Shown here in pieces: positions 40,640 through 50,428 of a DNA stretch of 64,000 nt; the first letter of the stretch is position 1; every line of letters begins with the position of its first letter. The notes under the pieces were generated by a model. The model worked only from the letters and a program-made list of their open reading frames with translations. It ran no database searches and was not told the DNA's origin. The position numbers and the translations under genes were made by a program. The DNA is from Candidatus Zhuqueibacterota bacterium (GTDB lineage Bacteria > SM23-31 > JBHPGK01). The stretch is from NCBI GenBank assembly GCA_042570605.1, contig JBHPGK010000001.1, positions 8,644 to 72,643 on the forward strand. The letters run 5' to 3'.

Positions 40640-41887
40640 ATGAGTTTTAGTGAGAAAACAAGATCGATATACCGGGAACAACTGGAGGGCATAAAAAAAG
40701 CCGGGATTTTTAAGGTTGAAAGATTTATACATTCCGAACAGGCAGCCGACATTGAAGTTGAATTTCCTTCCGGTTCAAATTTAAAAAAAGTGATCAATAT
40801 GTGTGCCAACAATTATCTGGGTCTTTCCAGCCACCCGGAAGTTATTAAAGCGGCTCATGAAGGTCTGGATAAACGCGGTTACGGAATGTCTTCGGTCCGC
40901 TTTATATGCGGAACACAGGATATTCATAATGAGCTGGAATCAAAAATGACGGAGTTTTTGGGTACGGAAGCTACCATTCTCTTTCCTTCCTGTATGGATG
41001 CAAATGCCGGTGTATTTGAAGCGATCCTGACAAACGAGGATGTAATAATATCCGACCGTCTTGTACATGCTTCACTGGTCGACGGCATCAGGCTGTGCAG
41101 CGCCGCACATGACACAATTAAACACTCGAACATGGATCATTTAGAGAAAAAGCTCCAGCTTCATGCGGATAAACGGCTGAAGCTAGTGGTTACCGATGGT
41201 GTATTCTCAATGGACGGGGATACTGCAAAACTGGATGAGATGGTAGACCTGTGCAAAAAGTATGATGCAATGCTGCTTGTTGATGATTCCCATGCAACCG
41301 GATTCATAGGTAAAACAGGACGAGGCGTTCACGAAAAATACGGTCTTTTAGGTAAGATCGATATTATTACCACGACTTTCGGTAAAGCTCTCGGCGGAGC
41401 ATCGGGAGGATGTGTTTCCGGAAGGGCGGAAATCGTTGAAATGTGCAGGCAGAAAGCAAGACCATACCTGTTTTCCAATACTATAGCTCCGGTGGTTGTA
41501 TCAGGAGTTTTAAGAGTTTTAGAAATCCTTTCGGAAACCACCGAACGCAGAGACAAACTGGAAAAGAACAGCGAATACTGGCGCAAAGGGCTGACTGAAG
41601 CCGGATTATTGATAAAAGAGGGTGACACTCCAATTGTCCCAGTAATGTTTTTTAATGCAAAACTTTCGCAGGATTTTGCTAAAGACCTTTACGAGGAAGG
41701 GATATATGCAATAGGTTTCTTTTTTCCGGTTGTGGCTCAGGGGCAGGCAAGAATAAGGACGCAGATATCGGCAGCTCATGAAATACATCATCTCGATAAA
41801 GCGCTCGACGCATTTACAAAAGTCGGTAAAAAATACGATATTTTAGGAAAAACCAAACAGGAAATTATCGGGAAATACGGAATGTAG
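40640..41887 (+). CDS. Second Kbl-type alpha-oxoamine synthase (glycine C-acyltransferase paralog).
   Basis: NMCANNYLGL, SVRFICGTQ, VTDGVFSMDG and TFGKALGG are present. It is clearly Kbl-like but diverged from the upstream kbl (for example Cys to Met in the substrate pocket region, FFFPVVAQGQARIR). Confidence 0.8.
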   Translation: MSFSEKTRSIYREQLEGIKKAGIFKVERFIHSEQAADIEVEFPSGSNLKKVINMCANNYLGLSSHPEVIKAAHEGLDKRGYGMSSVRFICGTQDIHNELESKMTEFLGTEATILFPSCMDANAGVFEAILTNEDVIISDRLVHASLVDGIRLCSAAHDTIKHSNMDHLEKKLQLHADKRLKLVVTDGVFSMDGDTAKLDEMVDLCKKYDAMLLVDDSHATGFIGKTGRGVHEKYGLLGKIDIITTTFGKALGGASGGCVSGRAEIVEMCRQKARPYLFSNTIAPVVVSGVLRVLEILSETTERRDKLEKNSEYWRKGLTEAGLLIKEGDTPIVPVMFFNAKLSQDFAKDLYEEGIYAIGFFFPVVAQGQARIRTQISAAHEIHHLDKALDAFTKVGKKYDILGKTKQEIIGKYGM

Positions 41888-42087
41888 AAATTTAGTCTAC
41901 CGGACGAAATTAACTACAGATAAAAAAAATACTGGTAAAATGAAAAAATGTTTTTTATATTATTAACAGCCTAATGTAATGTCATATGGCAGGGGGTATG
42001 TTTGATAGGGAGAAAGGACCGGTAATTTAACCGGTCTTTTTTCATTTTAGACGCAAAAGTAGAAAAGTATTTGTAAGAAAGCGCACA

Positions 42088-42118
42088 TTACTCAATGTCC
42101 GCTTTTTTGTATAATTAT
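42088..42118. terminator. Terminator-like hairpin plus T6, a variant of the GGACATTG..CAATGTCC repeat.
   Basis: gcgcacattactcaatgtccgctttttt is present. Confidence 0.35.
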
Positions 42119-42230
42119 TTCAACATACATTTCTTATTATTTTAAATACATATGCGAGGGCATTAATGCCCTCTCTTAATGCCGGAAGGTGCTTAAAACC
42201 ACCTTATAATAAAAGTCTTAAATACTAATA

Positions 42231-42260
42231 GAGAGGACATTGAGCAATGTCCTCTTTTTG
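42231..42260. terminator. Terminator-like hairpin plus T5, a copy of the repeat at 7198-7228.
   Basis: gagaggacattgagcaatgtcctcttttt is near-identical to the 7198 copy. Confidence 0.4.
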
Positions 42261-42339
42261 TAAATCAATAATTTCCAAACGCAGATAGACTATCCGTCAC
42301 AAAGTGATCACTTTGTGAAAAAACAATAAAAACTAAACG

Positions 42340-42620
42340 AATTGATGTCATTCCCGCAGAAGTGCGTGTTGCTCAACTCTTTTTTTGAAAGAGATAAGAG
42401 TCCGGAATTGTCATTTCAAACGTAGTGAGAAATCTAAACAAGCCTTTCTTAGACCCTGAACCAAGTTCAGGGTGACAGGCTTGGAGTTGAGCCACACACA
42501 CGGAAGCGGGAATATCATGGAGTTTTTACTTCGTGGGGGTAGATTGCTTTCCTGGTAAACCGGGATCAGGACTTGCCTCGCAATGACACTATTGAGCGTG
42601 TCATTCCCGACTCCGATCCA
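42340..42620. repeat. Composite repeat region containing MITE-like nested palindromes and a GTAGATTGCTTYCCYGGTAAACCGGGATC module.
   Basis: It holds a cctgaaccaagttcagggtgaca copy, a gtgcgtgttgctcaactc / gagttgagccacac inverted repeat, and a module shared with 35419-35466 and 44823-44930. Confidence 0.55.
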
Positions 42621-42736
42621 CGCCGGAGGCGGACACGCGGGAATCTCCTACCATAAAAACAAATGTATCTAAGTTTTCACTAAGTGATCACTTAGTGTCA
42701 AACAGTCTCAGGGCAGCAGCACAATATATACATACA

Positions 42737-44413
42737 TCACTTCAACAATACAAGCTTCTTCGACCGTATAAAATCCACCGCTTTAAACCTGTATATGTAA
42801 ACACCGCTGGAGACCGGAAAACCTGAATTATTTGTGCCATCCCAAAACACAGAATGAGGGCCAGCATAATTGAATTGATTGTTCAAAAGCGTTTTTATTT
42901 CTTGACCGAGGATATTGTATATTTTAAGGATTACTTCAGTTTCTTTTTTTAATTCGAACTTTATCTTAGTCCCAGAATTAAAAGGATTTGGGTAATTCTG
43001 ATATAGGATATGTTCGTCAGGCACATTATAATCAACAATAGTCACCCATCGTCTCTTTGAACTTTCGTAATATTTACCGTCTGTATCTTCAAGGTAATTT
43101 ACAACAGTGTAAACATATTTCTTACCTTTTTCAACATCCGTATCTAAAAATTCAATAATGCTTGAATTAATTTCTTCTTTTGGTATAGTGTCAAGAAGGG
43201 TAATATTATCTATATATCTTAAATAGTCTTCAGTATATTCAGTTTTGTAAATTTTATATCCTGAAAAACCTGACCTTTCTGTAAACGGATTAATATAATT
43301 TATTTCATTAACATTCCATGTCAGTTCGATACCGCTGCTTCTCTTATTGTAAGTTACTTCAGGAGAGGCAAGAATGGGCGATTTCCACCCGCTTCTGTAA
43401 GTCCTCCTCGCCCATTTAAAGTTTTCAACCATGTTGTCCAAACCTTCCCCCACTCCAAAAGCGAATACAATTTTAGCTGTATCTCCAGGTGCGATATTAT
43501 AAGGCCCCCAACCGATATAAATATAACCAACTATAGTAGGTGAAGTTGAACCTTGCATGTAGGTAGAAATATTATTCTCCATTTTTTGAATAATTTCCGC
43601 GTAATCGCTATCGTAAATATTTTGATAACCCCAAAAATAATAAGCCGGTGTATGCTCAGGATATTTTTCATATTCTGTAGCAGGAGAATAAATTGAACAA
43701 GTACCAAAATAACCGGGACATTCTCCGTTTGGACCTCCCGCATCATCAGGTGAATAGTCAGGACTATCTCCATCGTAGGCATAAGCTATATAAATTTTTT
43801 CATCAGGAATAAACCCTGCATCATTACCTATGAATAAGTCTGTATGGTCATCCTTATAAAACCGTTTTACTTCTGGTTGTTCGACAGGTGAGATATCAAC
43901 ACAAAATTTTCTGTGCAGACAAAGTCCTTTTACCGTATCTATTCCTTCATTAATTAGAATGTATTCGAAAATAATAAAATCGTTCCTGAATTCTTCGGAA
44001 AATCCATAAGTATTAAATAATCCTCGTATAAAAGGTCTATCATTATATTGTTCTGTGTTTCTGTCAAAAAAGTCTGTTCTTGTATCAAGGTCTGATACTG
44101 CTGTTTTATCATCTATCACAGATTTAATATTTAAAGTGTATTCAGGCATAAATTGATTTAAGATAACATGTCTATATTCATTATTATCAATATAATAAAT
44201 TCGGGTATCAGCATAACTGGAATATATAGAATTGTTGTTGTATTTGGGATAATATATAAAGGCACCCCAATCACCATTATATAGACCAAAATCCCATAAA
44301 TAGACCTCAAAACTGCCTACATCATAATGAAATTGATTATTTTGAGAGTTTGACGGAACTGAACATACAAAAAGACTGATTAACACTACAATTTTTAAAA
44401 GATGTCTTTTCAT
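42737..44413 (-). CDS. Secreted protein with a T9SS C-terminal sorting domain (function unknown).
   Basis: There is a signal peptide. The C-terminus YQNYPNPFNSGTKIKFELKKETEVILKIYNILGQEIKTLL...GVYIYRFKA is a canonical T9SS type-A CTD. Confidence 0.65.
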   Translation of the reverse strand: MKRHLLKIVVLISLFVCSVPSNSQNNQFHYDVGSFEVYLWDFGLYNGDWGAFIYYPKYNNNSIYSSYADTRIYYIDNNEYRHVILNQFMPEYTLNIKSVIDDKTAVSDLDTRTDFFDRNTEQYNDRPFIRGLFNTYGFSEEFRNDFIIFEYILINEGIDTVKGLCLHRKFCVDISPVEQPEVKRFYKDDHTDLFIGNDAGFIPDEKIYIAYAYDGDSPDYSPDDAGGPNGECPGYFGTCSIYSPATEYEKYPEHTPAYYFWGYQNIYDSDYAEIIQKMENNISTYMQGSTSPTIVGYIYIGWGPYNIAPGDTAKIVFAFGVGEGLDNMVENFKWARRTYRSGWKSPILASPEVTYNKRSSGIELTWNVNEINYINPFTERSGFSGYKIYKTEYTEDYLRYIDNITLLDTIPKEEINSSIIEFLDTDVEKGKKYVYTVVNYLEDTDGKYYESSKRRWVTIVDYNVPDEHILYQNYPNPFNSGTKIKFELKKETEVILKIYNILGQEIKTLLNNQFNYAGPHSVFWDGTNNSGFPVSSGVYIYRFKAVDFIRSKKLVLLK

Positions 44414-44935
44414 TTTAGTATTATTAGTTAAATAGGTTTGAATATTTGATATAAATTTTACCCCATGTTTTTTATATCGGTTTTTCCTTAATAGGGAGAT
44501 TTATATATTAATGACGACTCAATCAAAGTAAAAGTAACAATTATTATAAATTTTTTGTTATTTGTGTAGACTTATCTCGAAAAGTATAGTTTATATCAGG
44601 CTTATTCAGAACTTTATTAATGACTCCATAATAGTAAATCTCATAATCTAATTCAAGTTATTTTCTGCTTCGTCATTCCAGCGAAGGTGTGTGTGGCTTA
44701 ACTCTTTTGTATAATAGAAATAAAAACACTGCGTGTCATTCGCGGTGCTATGGAACATCCTACACCTATACCCAGGGACAGGCTTTCTCCCCCCTGAGTA
44801 CTCGGGGAAATCTCATGAATTATGTACTTCGTGGGGGTAGATTGCTTTCCCGGTAAACCGGGACAGGCTGTTAGTTCCTGATCCCGGTAAACCGGGATCA
44901 GGACTTGCCTCGTAATGACAGTTCTGGCTCTGCCT

Positions 44936-44972
44936 TCTTCAAAAAAGAAAAAGTCATGGAATTTTCCATGAC
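44936..44972 (-). terminator. Rho-independent terminator of the MacB/HlyD operon.
   Basis: It is a perfect hairpin gtcatggaa-ttt-tccatgac followed on the minus strand by TTTTTCTTTTTT. Confidence 0.6.
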
Positions 44973-44985
44973 CTTCCTTATGAAT

Positions 44986-45022
44986 TTTAATTATTAATTA
45001 TTAATTATTAATTATTAATTTT
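44986..45022. repeat. (ATTAATT)n microsatellite.
   Basis: ttaattattaattattaattattaatt lies immediately 3' of the permease stop codon. Confidence 0.7.
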
Positions 45023-46261
45023 CTATTCATATCGTAGTGCATCAACACAGTCAATGCTTGCAGCACGGCGGGCTGGGAATGTGCCGAATATAATACCCAC
45101 AGCAGCGGATACTACAAATGCCACGAAAACCGATAACGGAGTGATCTTGGTAGTAAACTCAGCAAAACTGCTGACTATTAATGACATTGTTATTCCGAGT
45201 ATTACTCCAATAATCCCGCCAACAAGGCTGAGCCCGATAGACTCCAGTAAAAACTGGGTCATGATCTCTTTTTTCCTTGCACCTACAGCACGGCGGATAC
45301 CGATCTCGCGTGTACGTTCCAGAACGGTCGCCAGCATGATATTCATAATACCGATACCGCCCACAAGCAGTGAAATAGCGGCAATCGAACTTAAAACGAG
45401 GTTGTATATCCGTCTTTCCTTTTCCTCCTGTTTGAGCAGCTCATACGGAATAACAATATCAAAATCATCGTTATTATAATGGCGGCGGCTTACAATCCGG
45501 CGGATCACCGCGGCACTTTCAACAAGTTCATCAGAGTTCCGAATCTTTACAGTTAACTGGTCGATCTGGCTTGAGAGCTTTTCCTTTTTTTCGAATCTTC
45601 TTAAGATAGAGGATAGCGGGATATAAATATCCTGGTTTAAATTACGTGCAGCCAATTCACCTACAGTTTCTGTGAAAAGCGCTTTCGAACCCATTATGCC
45701 GATCACCTCAAACCACTGGTCATCGATCTTTACTTTTTTACCAAGCGGGTCCTCCACAGGGAAAAGCGTACTTGCTACCTCAGCGCCAAGTATGCAGACG
45801 CGGAGTTCCCTGTTATAATGGTCCTCAGATAAAAAAGTACCGGTCTTAGGTTCAATATTCAGTATCTCCTGAAATGCGGGTGTTACACCTACAAGATTAA
45901 CCTTGGAAGATTTATCCTCATATTTTGCTTCGACTTCAAGCTCAGATTGCGGAGCGACTTTTTCAATTGTCGGGACAATGTTTTTAATAGATTCAGCATC
46001 GGACAATGAAAGTCCCTGGGAGAATTTTGCACGGATTTCCTCAAGCTCTTTATCACTTAATTTTTTATCCCGAATGATAATATTATTTACACCAAGCGCT
46101 TTAAATTTTTCAAGTGCTTCTCGTTTAGCTCCTTCTCCGATTGCGAGCATTGCAATAACAGCAGCAACACCGAAAATGATACCGAGCATGGTTAAAACCG
46201 AGCGGAGCTTATGGACTTTCAGTCCTTCTATGCCAATCAGAAGATTCTCTTTAACATTCAT
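45023..46261 (-). CDS. MacB-type ABC transporter permease (MacB periplasmic core plus FtsX domain), with no fused ATPase.
   Basis: It has an N-terminal TM, a large periplasmic domain and three C-terminal TMs with the FtsX-like IGIMNIMLATVLERTREIGIRRAVGA motif. It is 412 aa. Confidence 0.8.
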   Translation of the reverse strand: MNVKENLLIGIEGLKVHKLRSVLTMLGIIFGVAAVIAMLAIGEGAKREALEKFKALGVNNIIIRDKKLSDKELEEIRAKFSQGLSLSDAESIKNIVPTIEKVAPQSELEVEAKYEDKSSKVNLVGVTPAFQEILNIEPKTGTFLSEDHYNRELRVCILGAEVASTLFPVEDPLGKKVKIDDQWFEVIGIMGSKALFTETVGELAARNLNQDIYIPLSSILRRFEKKEKLSSQIDQLTVKIRNSDELVESAAVIRRIVSRRHYNNDDFDIVIPYELLKQEEKERRIYNLVLSSIAAISLLVGGIGIMNIMLATVLERTREIGIRRAVGARKKEIMTQFLLESIGLSLVGGIIGVILGITMSLIVSSFAEFTTKITPLSVFVAFVVSAAVGIIFGTFPARRAASIDCVDALRYE

Positions 46262-47463
46262 TAAATTTCTCCCAGTCCGTTCTTTAATAAAATTTTGTCG
46301 CCCGGATTCAGGTTCCCTTTTACCATTGCTTCTTTGCTGTTTTTCGGGCCGACGGTTACCTTAGTCTTTTTCGGTCCATTCCCATTCTCAACATAGACAA
46401 AATACTCTCCTCCCTCCTGCCGGATGCAATTACTATTGACGAAAAGAGTATCTTTAAATTCTGCAATCACAAATTCGCAGCTTACAGTCATACCCGGTTT
46501 TAATATCTTGTCAACATCATCAAGCAGAACCACTAAATCAAAAACTTTGATCTTTGACTGCCTGTCCTTTTTACGGGATATATTGCTGACACTGATAATC
46601 GAACCGGTAAACGCTTTTTTTGGAAATGCATCTAACCTTACATAAGCTTTCTGCCCGACATGCACTTTCCCGATATCCATCTCACTGACAGTCGCTATGA
46701 CCTTCATCTGACTCATGTCTGGCAATAAAATTATGCCGTCTCCCCACCATACCTGGTCTCCAACAGCAACTTTTCTTCTGCCGCTCCCGCTCCATATTTG
46801 ACCATATTCGATCATCCCGTTTGCCGGAGCCCTCAGCGTATATGCATCGATAGCCTTTTTTGCCTGCTCGATATCCGATTTTATCTGAGAGAGCTTCAGT
46901 TCATTTATCAGCCTATCCTCATTATGCATTATTTTTGTTTTTTCTATCTTTTTAATTGTCCTGTTATAATTGATTTCAGCTATTTGAAGACTTACTTTTG
47001 AAATTTCTCTTTTGGTCGGAGATTCAAATTTGTCCTTTTCAGCCCGCAGTTTTACCGATCTCAGATCCGCTTCACTTGATTTTAATGACGCATTTAACTC
47101 TTTTAATTCGTTCTGCTGAGAGGTTTTAAGCTTATTGAATTCGGATTCCGCAATTGCCAGTTCACGTTTTTTGCCCTCCAACCTCTGCATTACTTTTGAA
47201 TTGTCAAGTTCTCCTATAACATCCCCTTTTTTGACATATGTGCCTTCAGCTGCAAGTTCAACAACTTTCGGCTGTTCAAAAAAACCTCTTATCATCGGTG
47301 CTGAGACCGACTTGGAATTAACTGCCCTTAATTCCCCTGTTTCAGTTATTGTGGAATAAAACCTGCCCTGCTGAACCAGGACAAAATGATTATTTCCTGA
47401 AGAACCGCCGCAGGCAAAACAGATCAGGAATAATAACTGAAAATAAAATATATATCTTTTCAT
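46261..47463 (-). CDS. HlyD-family periplasmic adaptor (membrane fusion protein), copy 1.
   Basis: There is a signal or lipobox (FACGGS), a long coiled coil, and beta-barrel/lipoyl-like motifs. Its start overlaps the permease stop. Confidence 0.75.
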   Translation of the reverse strand: MKRYIFYFQLLFLICFACGGSSGNNHFVLVQQGRFYSTITETGELRAVNSKSVSAPMIRGFFEQPKVVELAAEGTYVKKGDVIGELDNSKVMQRLEGKKRELAIAESEFNKLKTSQQNELKELNASLKSSEADLRSVKLRAEKDKFESPTKREISKVSLQIAEINYNRTIKKIEKTKIMHNEDRLINELKLSQIKSDIEQAKKAIDAYTLRAPANGMIEYGQIWSGSGRRKVAVGDQVWWGDGIILLPDMSQMKVIATVSEMDIGKVHVGQKAYVRLDAFPKKAFTGSIISVSNISRKKDRQSKIKVFDLVVLLDDVDKILKPGMTVSCEFVIAEFKDTLFVNSNCIRQEGGEYFVYVENGNGPKKTKVTVGPKNSKEAMVKGNLNPGDKILLKNGLGEI

Positions 47464-47492
47464 ATTTACCCTTCAATTAAACCTTAAATTTT

Positions 47493-48707
47493 CTAAAATG
47501 ACATTTCTGTCGGATCAACCAGTGCCACAGCATCACCTTCAACCAATCCCTCAACAATTATTACAAAATTATCATTTTCCTCACCCAATTTTACTTTACG
47601 CGGCTCAAATCCGCTTCCATTTTTCAGGTAGACTATGTTCTCACCGTCTTTTTTGAAAAGAGCATCAAGCGGAATACTTATAGTCTCGAGGATATTATTT
47701 ACGATGATCTCACAGCTTACAGTCATTCCCGGAATCAGTTTTTCATCATTGCCATCCATTAGAGCAATTATATCAAATACTTTTACTTTCGACTCCCTGT
47801 CTTTGAGCCTCGCAAGTGTGGCAATATCTGTTACATGACCGCTGTAGCTCGAATCGGGATACGCATCAAGTTTAACGATTACTTTCTGGTCCATTCCCAT
47901 TTTGGCGATATCCACTTCGTTGATAGGGACTTTAACTCTCATCAGGCTCAGATCCGGTAATCCAACCAGAGGATACCCGGGCCAGGTCTGATCGTTAACT
48001 GTAAATTTTTCCCCTGTTCTCCAGTTCTTTTCAACTATGGCAATCCCGGGATTGGGTGCTTTAACAGTAAGCATTTCCATAGTTAACTTAGCTTCATCCA
48101 GCTTATTCTGGGCTTGCAGCACCTTTAGATCAAGTGTATTGATTTCCTCTTTCTGAATACTCTTTTTATTCTCTATTTCCTGCTGCGCTTTATCAAGATT
48201 AATTGTTGCCTTTTCCAGATCAAGTTCTATTCTTTTTCTCTCAACTTCAGCATCATACTTTTTCAATTTCAGATTTAATTCGGAAATCTTGTGATTCAAG
48301 TTTGCAATTGCGAGATTAGTAACGAGTTCGTCCAATTGAGATTCATGGTTCGCTTTTGTTTTCCTGAGCTCGGATTTTGCAATTTCCAGTTCAGCTTCAG
48401 CATCTGATATGGTTTTCAACACATCGGATTTATCAAACTCCATCAAAACTTCATCCTTTTCCACCTGTTTTCCGTCTTCCACCATTTTCGTAATCTTCAG
48501 ATTAGATACTATATGCCATGGAATCGGGGGAGCGAATATCATTTTAGAGTTTACTGCCTCCAGTTCGCCTGTTTCTGTAACACTGATAATAAAATTACTC
48601 TTTTTGACAGTATAACAGTCAATTTCTTCATTTAAACTATGTTTACACGCAGAGACCAATATCATAAAAAGCAATAAAATTACAATTACCGGAGAATTCT
48701 TTGGCAT
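47493..48707 (-). CDS. HlyD-family periplasmic adaptor, copy 2.
   Basis: It has coiled-coil and MFP motifs. The likely start is the internal Met in MPKNSPVIV, so the track ORF start at 48770 is probably over-extended. Confidence 0.7.
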   Translation of the reverse strand: MPKNSPVIVILLLFMILVSACKHSLNEEIDCYTVKKSNFIISVTETGELEAVNSKMIFAPPIPWHIVSNLKITKMVEDGKQVEKDEVLMEFDKSDVLKTISDAEAELEIAKSELRKTKANHESQLDELVTNLAIANLNHKISELNLKLKKYDAEVERKRIELDLEKATINLDKAQQEIENKKSIQKEEINTLDLKVLQAQNKLDEAKLTMEMLTVKAPNPGIAIVEKNWRTGEKFTVNDQTWPGYPLVGLPDLSLMRVKVPINEVDIAKMGMDQKVIVKLDAYPDSSYSGHVTDIATLARLKDRESKVKVFDIIALMDGNDEKLIPGMTVSCEIIVNNILETISIPLDALFKKDGENIVYLKNGSGFEPRKVKLGEENDNFVIIVEGLVEGDAVALVDPTEMSF

Positions 48708-48788
48708 AATGCGCTCCTTTATATGGATTTTAAATTTAAATTTGTTCTTTATATATTTTTTCATATACATTTATGTATAAATACACTC

Positions 48789-50015
48789 TTATTTGATCTG
48801 TGAACTGCCCGGTTCACGTAAAGAGAGTTTTTCTCCATTGTTAACGCCGTTCTTAATTTCAATAAAATCATCGCCCTTATATGCAAGATCAACCTGCCGC
48901 TGCTCAAATTTATCTCCATCCTTAATATAAACAACATTGTTGCTGTCCTTTTCAAAAACACATTCCTTTGGAACTACAATTGCGTTCTCTAATTCCTCAA
49001 CAAAAATTTTACATTCGGCAGTGAGACCCGGAGTAAGAACGATATCAGTGCTGTCAAGATCAACTGTCACTCTTACCATCTTAACTTTAGACCTTCTATA
49101 GTTGATCAATACCGGCTTGGCGATTTTATCGACCATGGATACTTTTCCCGGCAGATCAAAATAACCGGATGATGAAACCGAAACTACAGCCTTCTGTCCT
49201 GTTTTAAGTTTTTGCGCATCTGTCTCGCTTACCTGAAGTTCAACCTGCATTACCGACAGGTCAGGAATTTTCACAAGCGGGTATCTTGTACGAACCATGT
49301 CGCCAAGCTCGTTCTTTTTATTTGTCCTTCTGTTAATTTCATATACAACAATTCCATCCATTGGAGCCTTTACAGTTAACTGCTCTTTGAAACGGTCATA
49401 CTGTTTCAATTTATTCTCTATTTGCTTTATCTTCATCTGCATAGAATTGATCTCTTCTTTTTTAACATTTTCCAATGATACCAGTTTTTTCCTGGTTTTT
49501 TCAGCTTCAATGTCAAATTTCTCAATCTCCAGTTTCTCGATTTCCTGTTTTGTCGGTGCTATAAACTCAAGTTCAGCCAAACGCAGTTTTTTAGATTCGG
49601 CAGAAGTTTCAAAAATTTTCAAATTCGATTCCAATTGTGACCGCTGTTCATCCAATTCAGTTTCCTTTTTTTTCAACTCCGCATTTTTCATTTCAATTTC
49701 ATTTAATGTGTTCTCGTATTCTCTTTCAAGCCGTTCATCTTTCATTACCGCTATAGTATCCCCTTCTTCCACCACAGTTCCTTCTGGTATTATATAAGAG
49801 AGTTCTTTCTGATAGTCAAGGCTCTGAGGAACTGAGATAGACCGGTTCACCTTAGCGTCCAGGACCCCGACAGATGTAACTGCTACACTGAAATTTTTTT
49901 CAACAGCTGTATAAGTAATACTGGATTTTGATTTGTCTGCAGAAGCGCAGTTCAAAAGAAAAGCAAATAATAAAAAAGGTATTGTCTGTAAAAATATTTT
50001 TTTTGTCATAACCAA
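48789..50015 (-). CDS. HlyD-family periplasmic adaptor, copy 3.
   Basis: It has a signal peptide, a coiled coil and C-terminal MFP beta domains. Confidence 0.7.
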   Translation of the reverse strand: MVMTKKIFLQTIPFLLFAFLLNCASADKSKSSITYTAVEKNFSVAVTSVGVLDAKVNRSISVPQSLDYQKELSYIIPEGTVVEEGDTIAVMKDERLEREYENTLNEIEMKNAELKKKETELDEQRSQLESNLKIFETSAESKKLRLAELEFIAPTKQEIEKLEIEKFDIEAEKTRKKLVSLENVKKEEINSMQMKIKQIENKLKQYDRFKEQLTVKAPMDGIVVYEINRRTNKKNELGDMVRTRYPLVKIPDLSVMQVELQVSETDAQKLKTGQKAVVSVSSSGYFDLPGKVSMVDKIAKPVLINYRRSKVKMVRVTVDLDSTDIVLTPGLTAECKIFVEELENAIVVPKECVFEKDSNNVVYIKDGDKFEQRQVDLAYKGDDFIEIKNGVNNGEKLSLREPGSSQIK

Positions 50016-50428
50016 ATACTATAACGAAAATGTTTTCTTATTTTTTTCACCCAATACCCCTGACAATAATGAATGATACTTATAGTTAATATTTTTTAAT
50101 AAACAAACTTTTTATAAATCAATTCTGGTGATTATTTTTCCCTTTTGTTCAAATTTTACGAAAATATTATTAGAAAGTTCCAAAAATGAAAGAAATATTA
50201 TTTTAATAATTTCCAGCATATTAATTCGTAATAATAATTCCATAATGACAATATTTGTTCTCATAAAATTTTTCTTATTATAACTGAATAAGTTATTCTG
50301 CACGAATAATTTTCACGCTTACCTTTTATATATTAGACTGTATTTTTTGGAAAAGGTTTTAAATAAATTTAACTTACCCTTGAATTTCTTTTTCAGTATG
50401 TGTATTTTACCAAAAAAAGTGAGAAATA

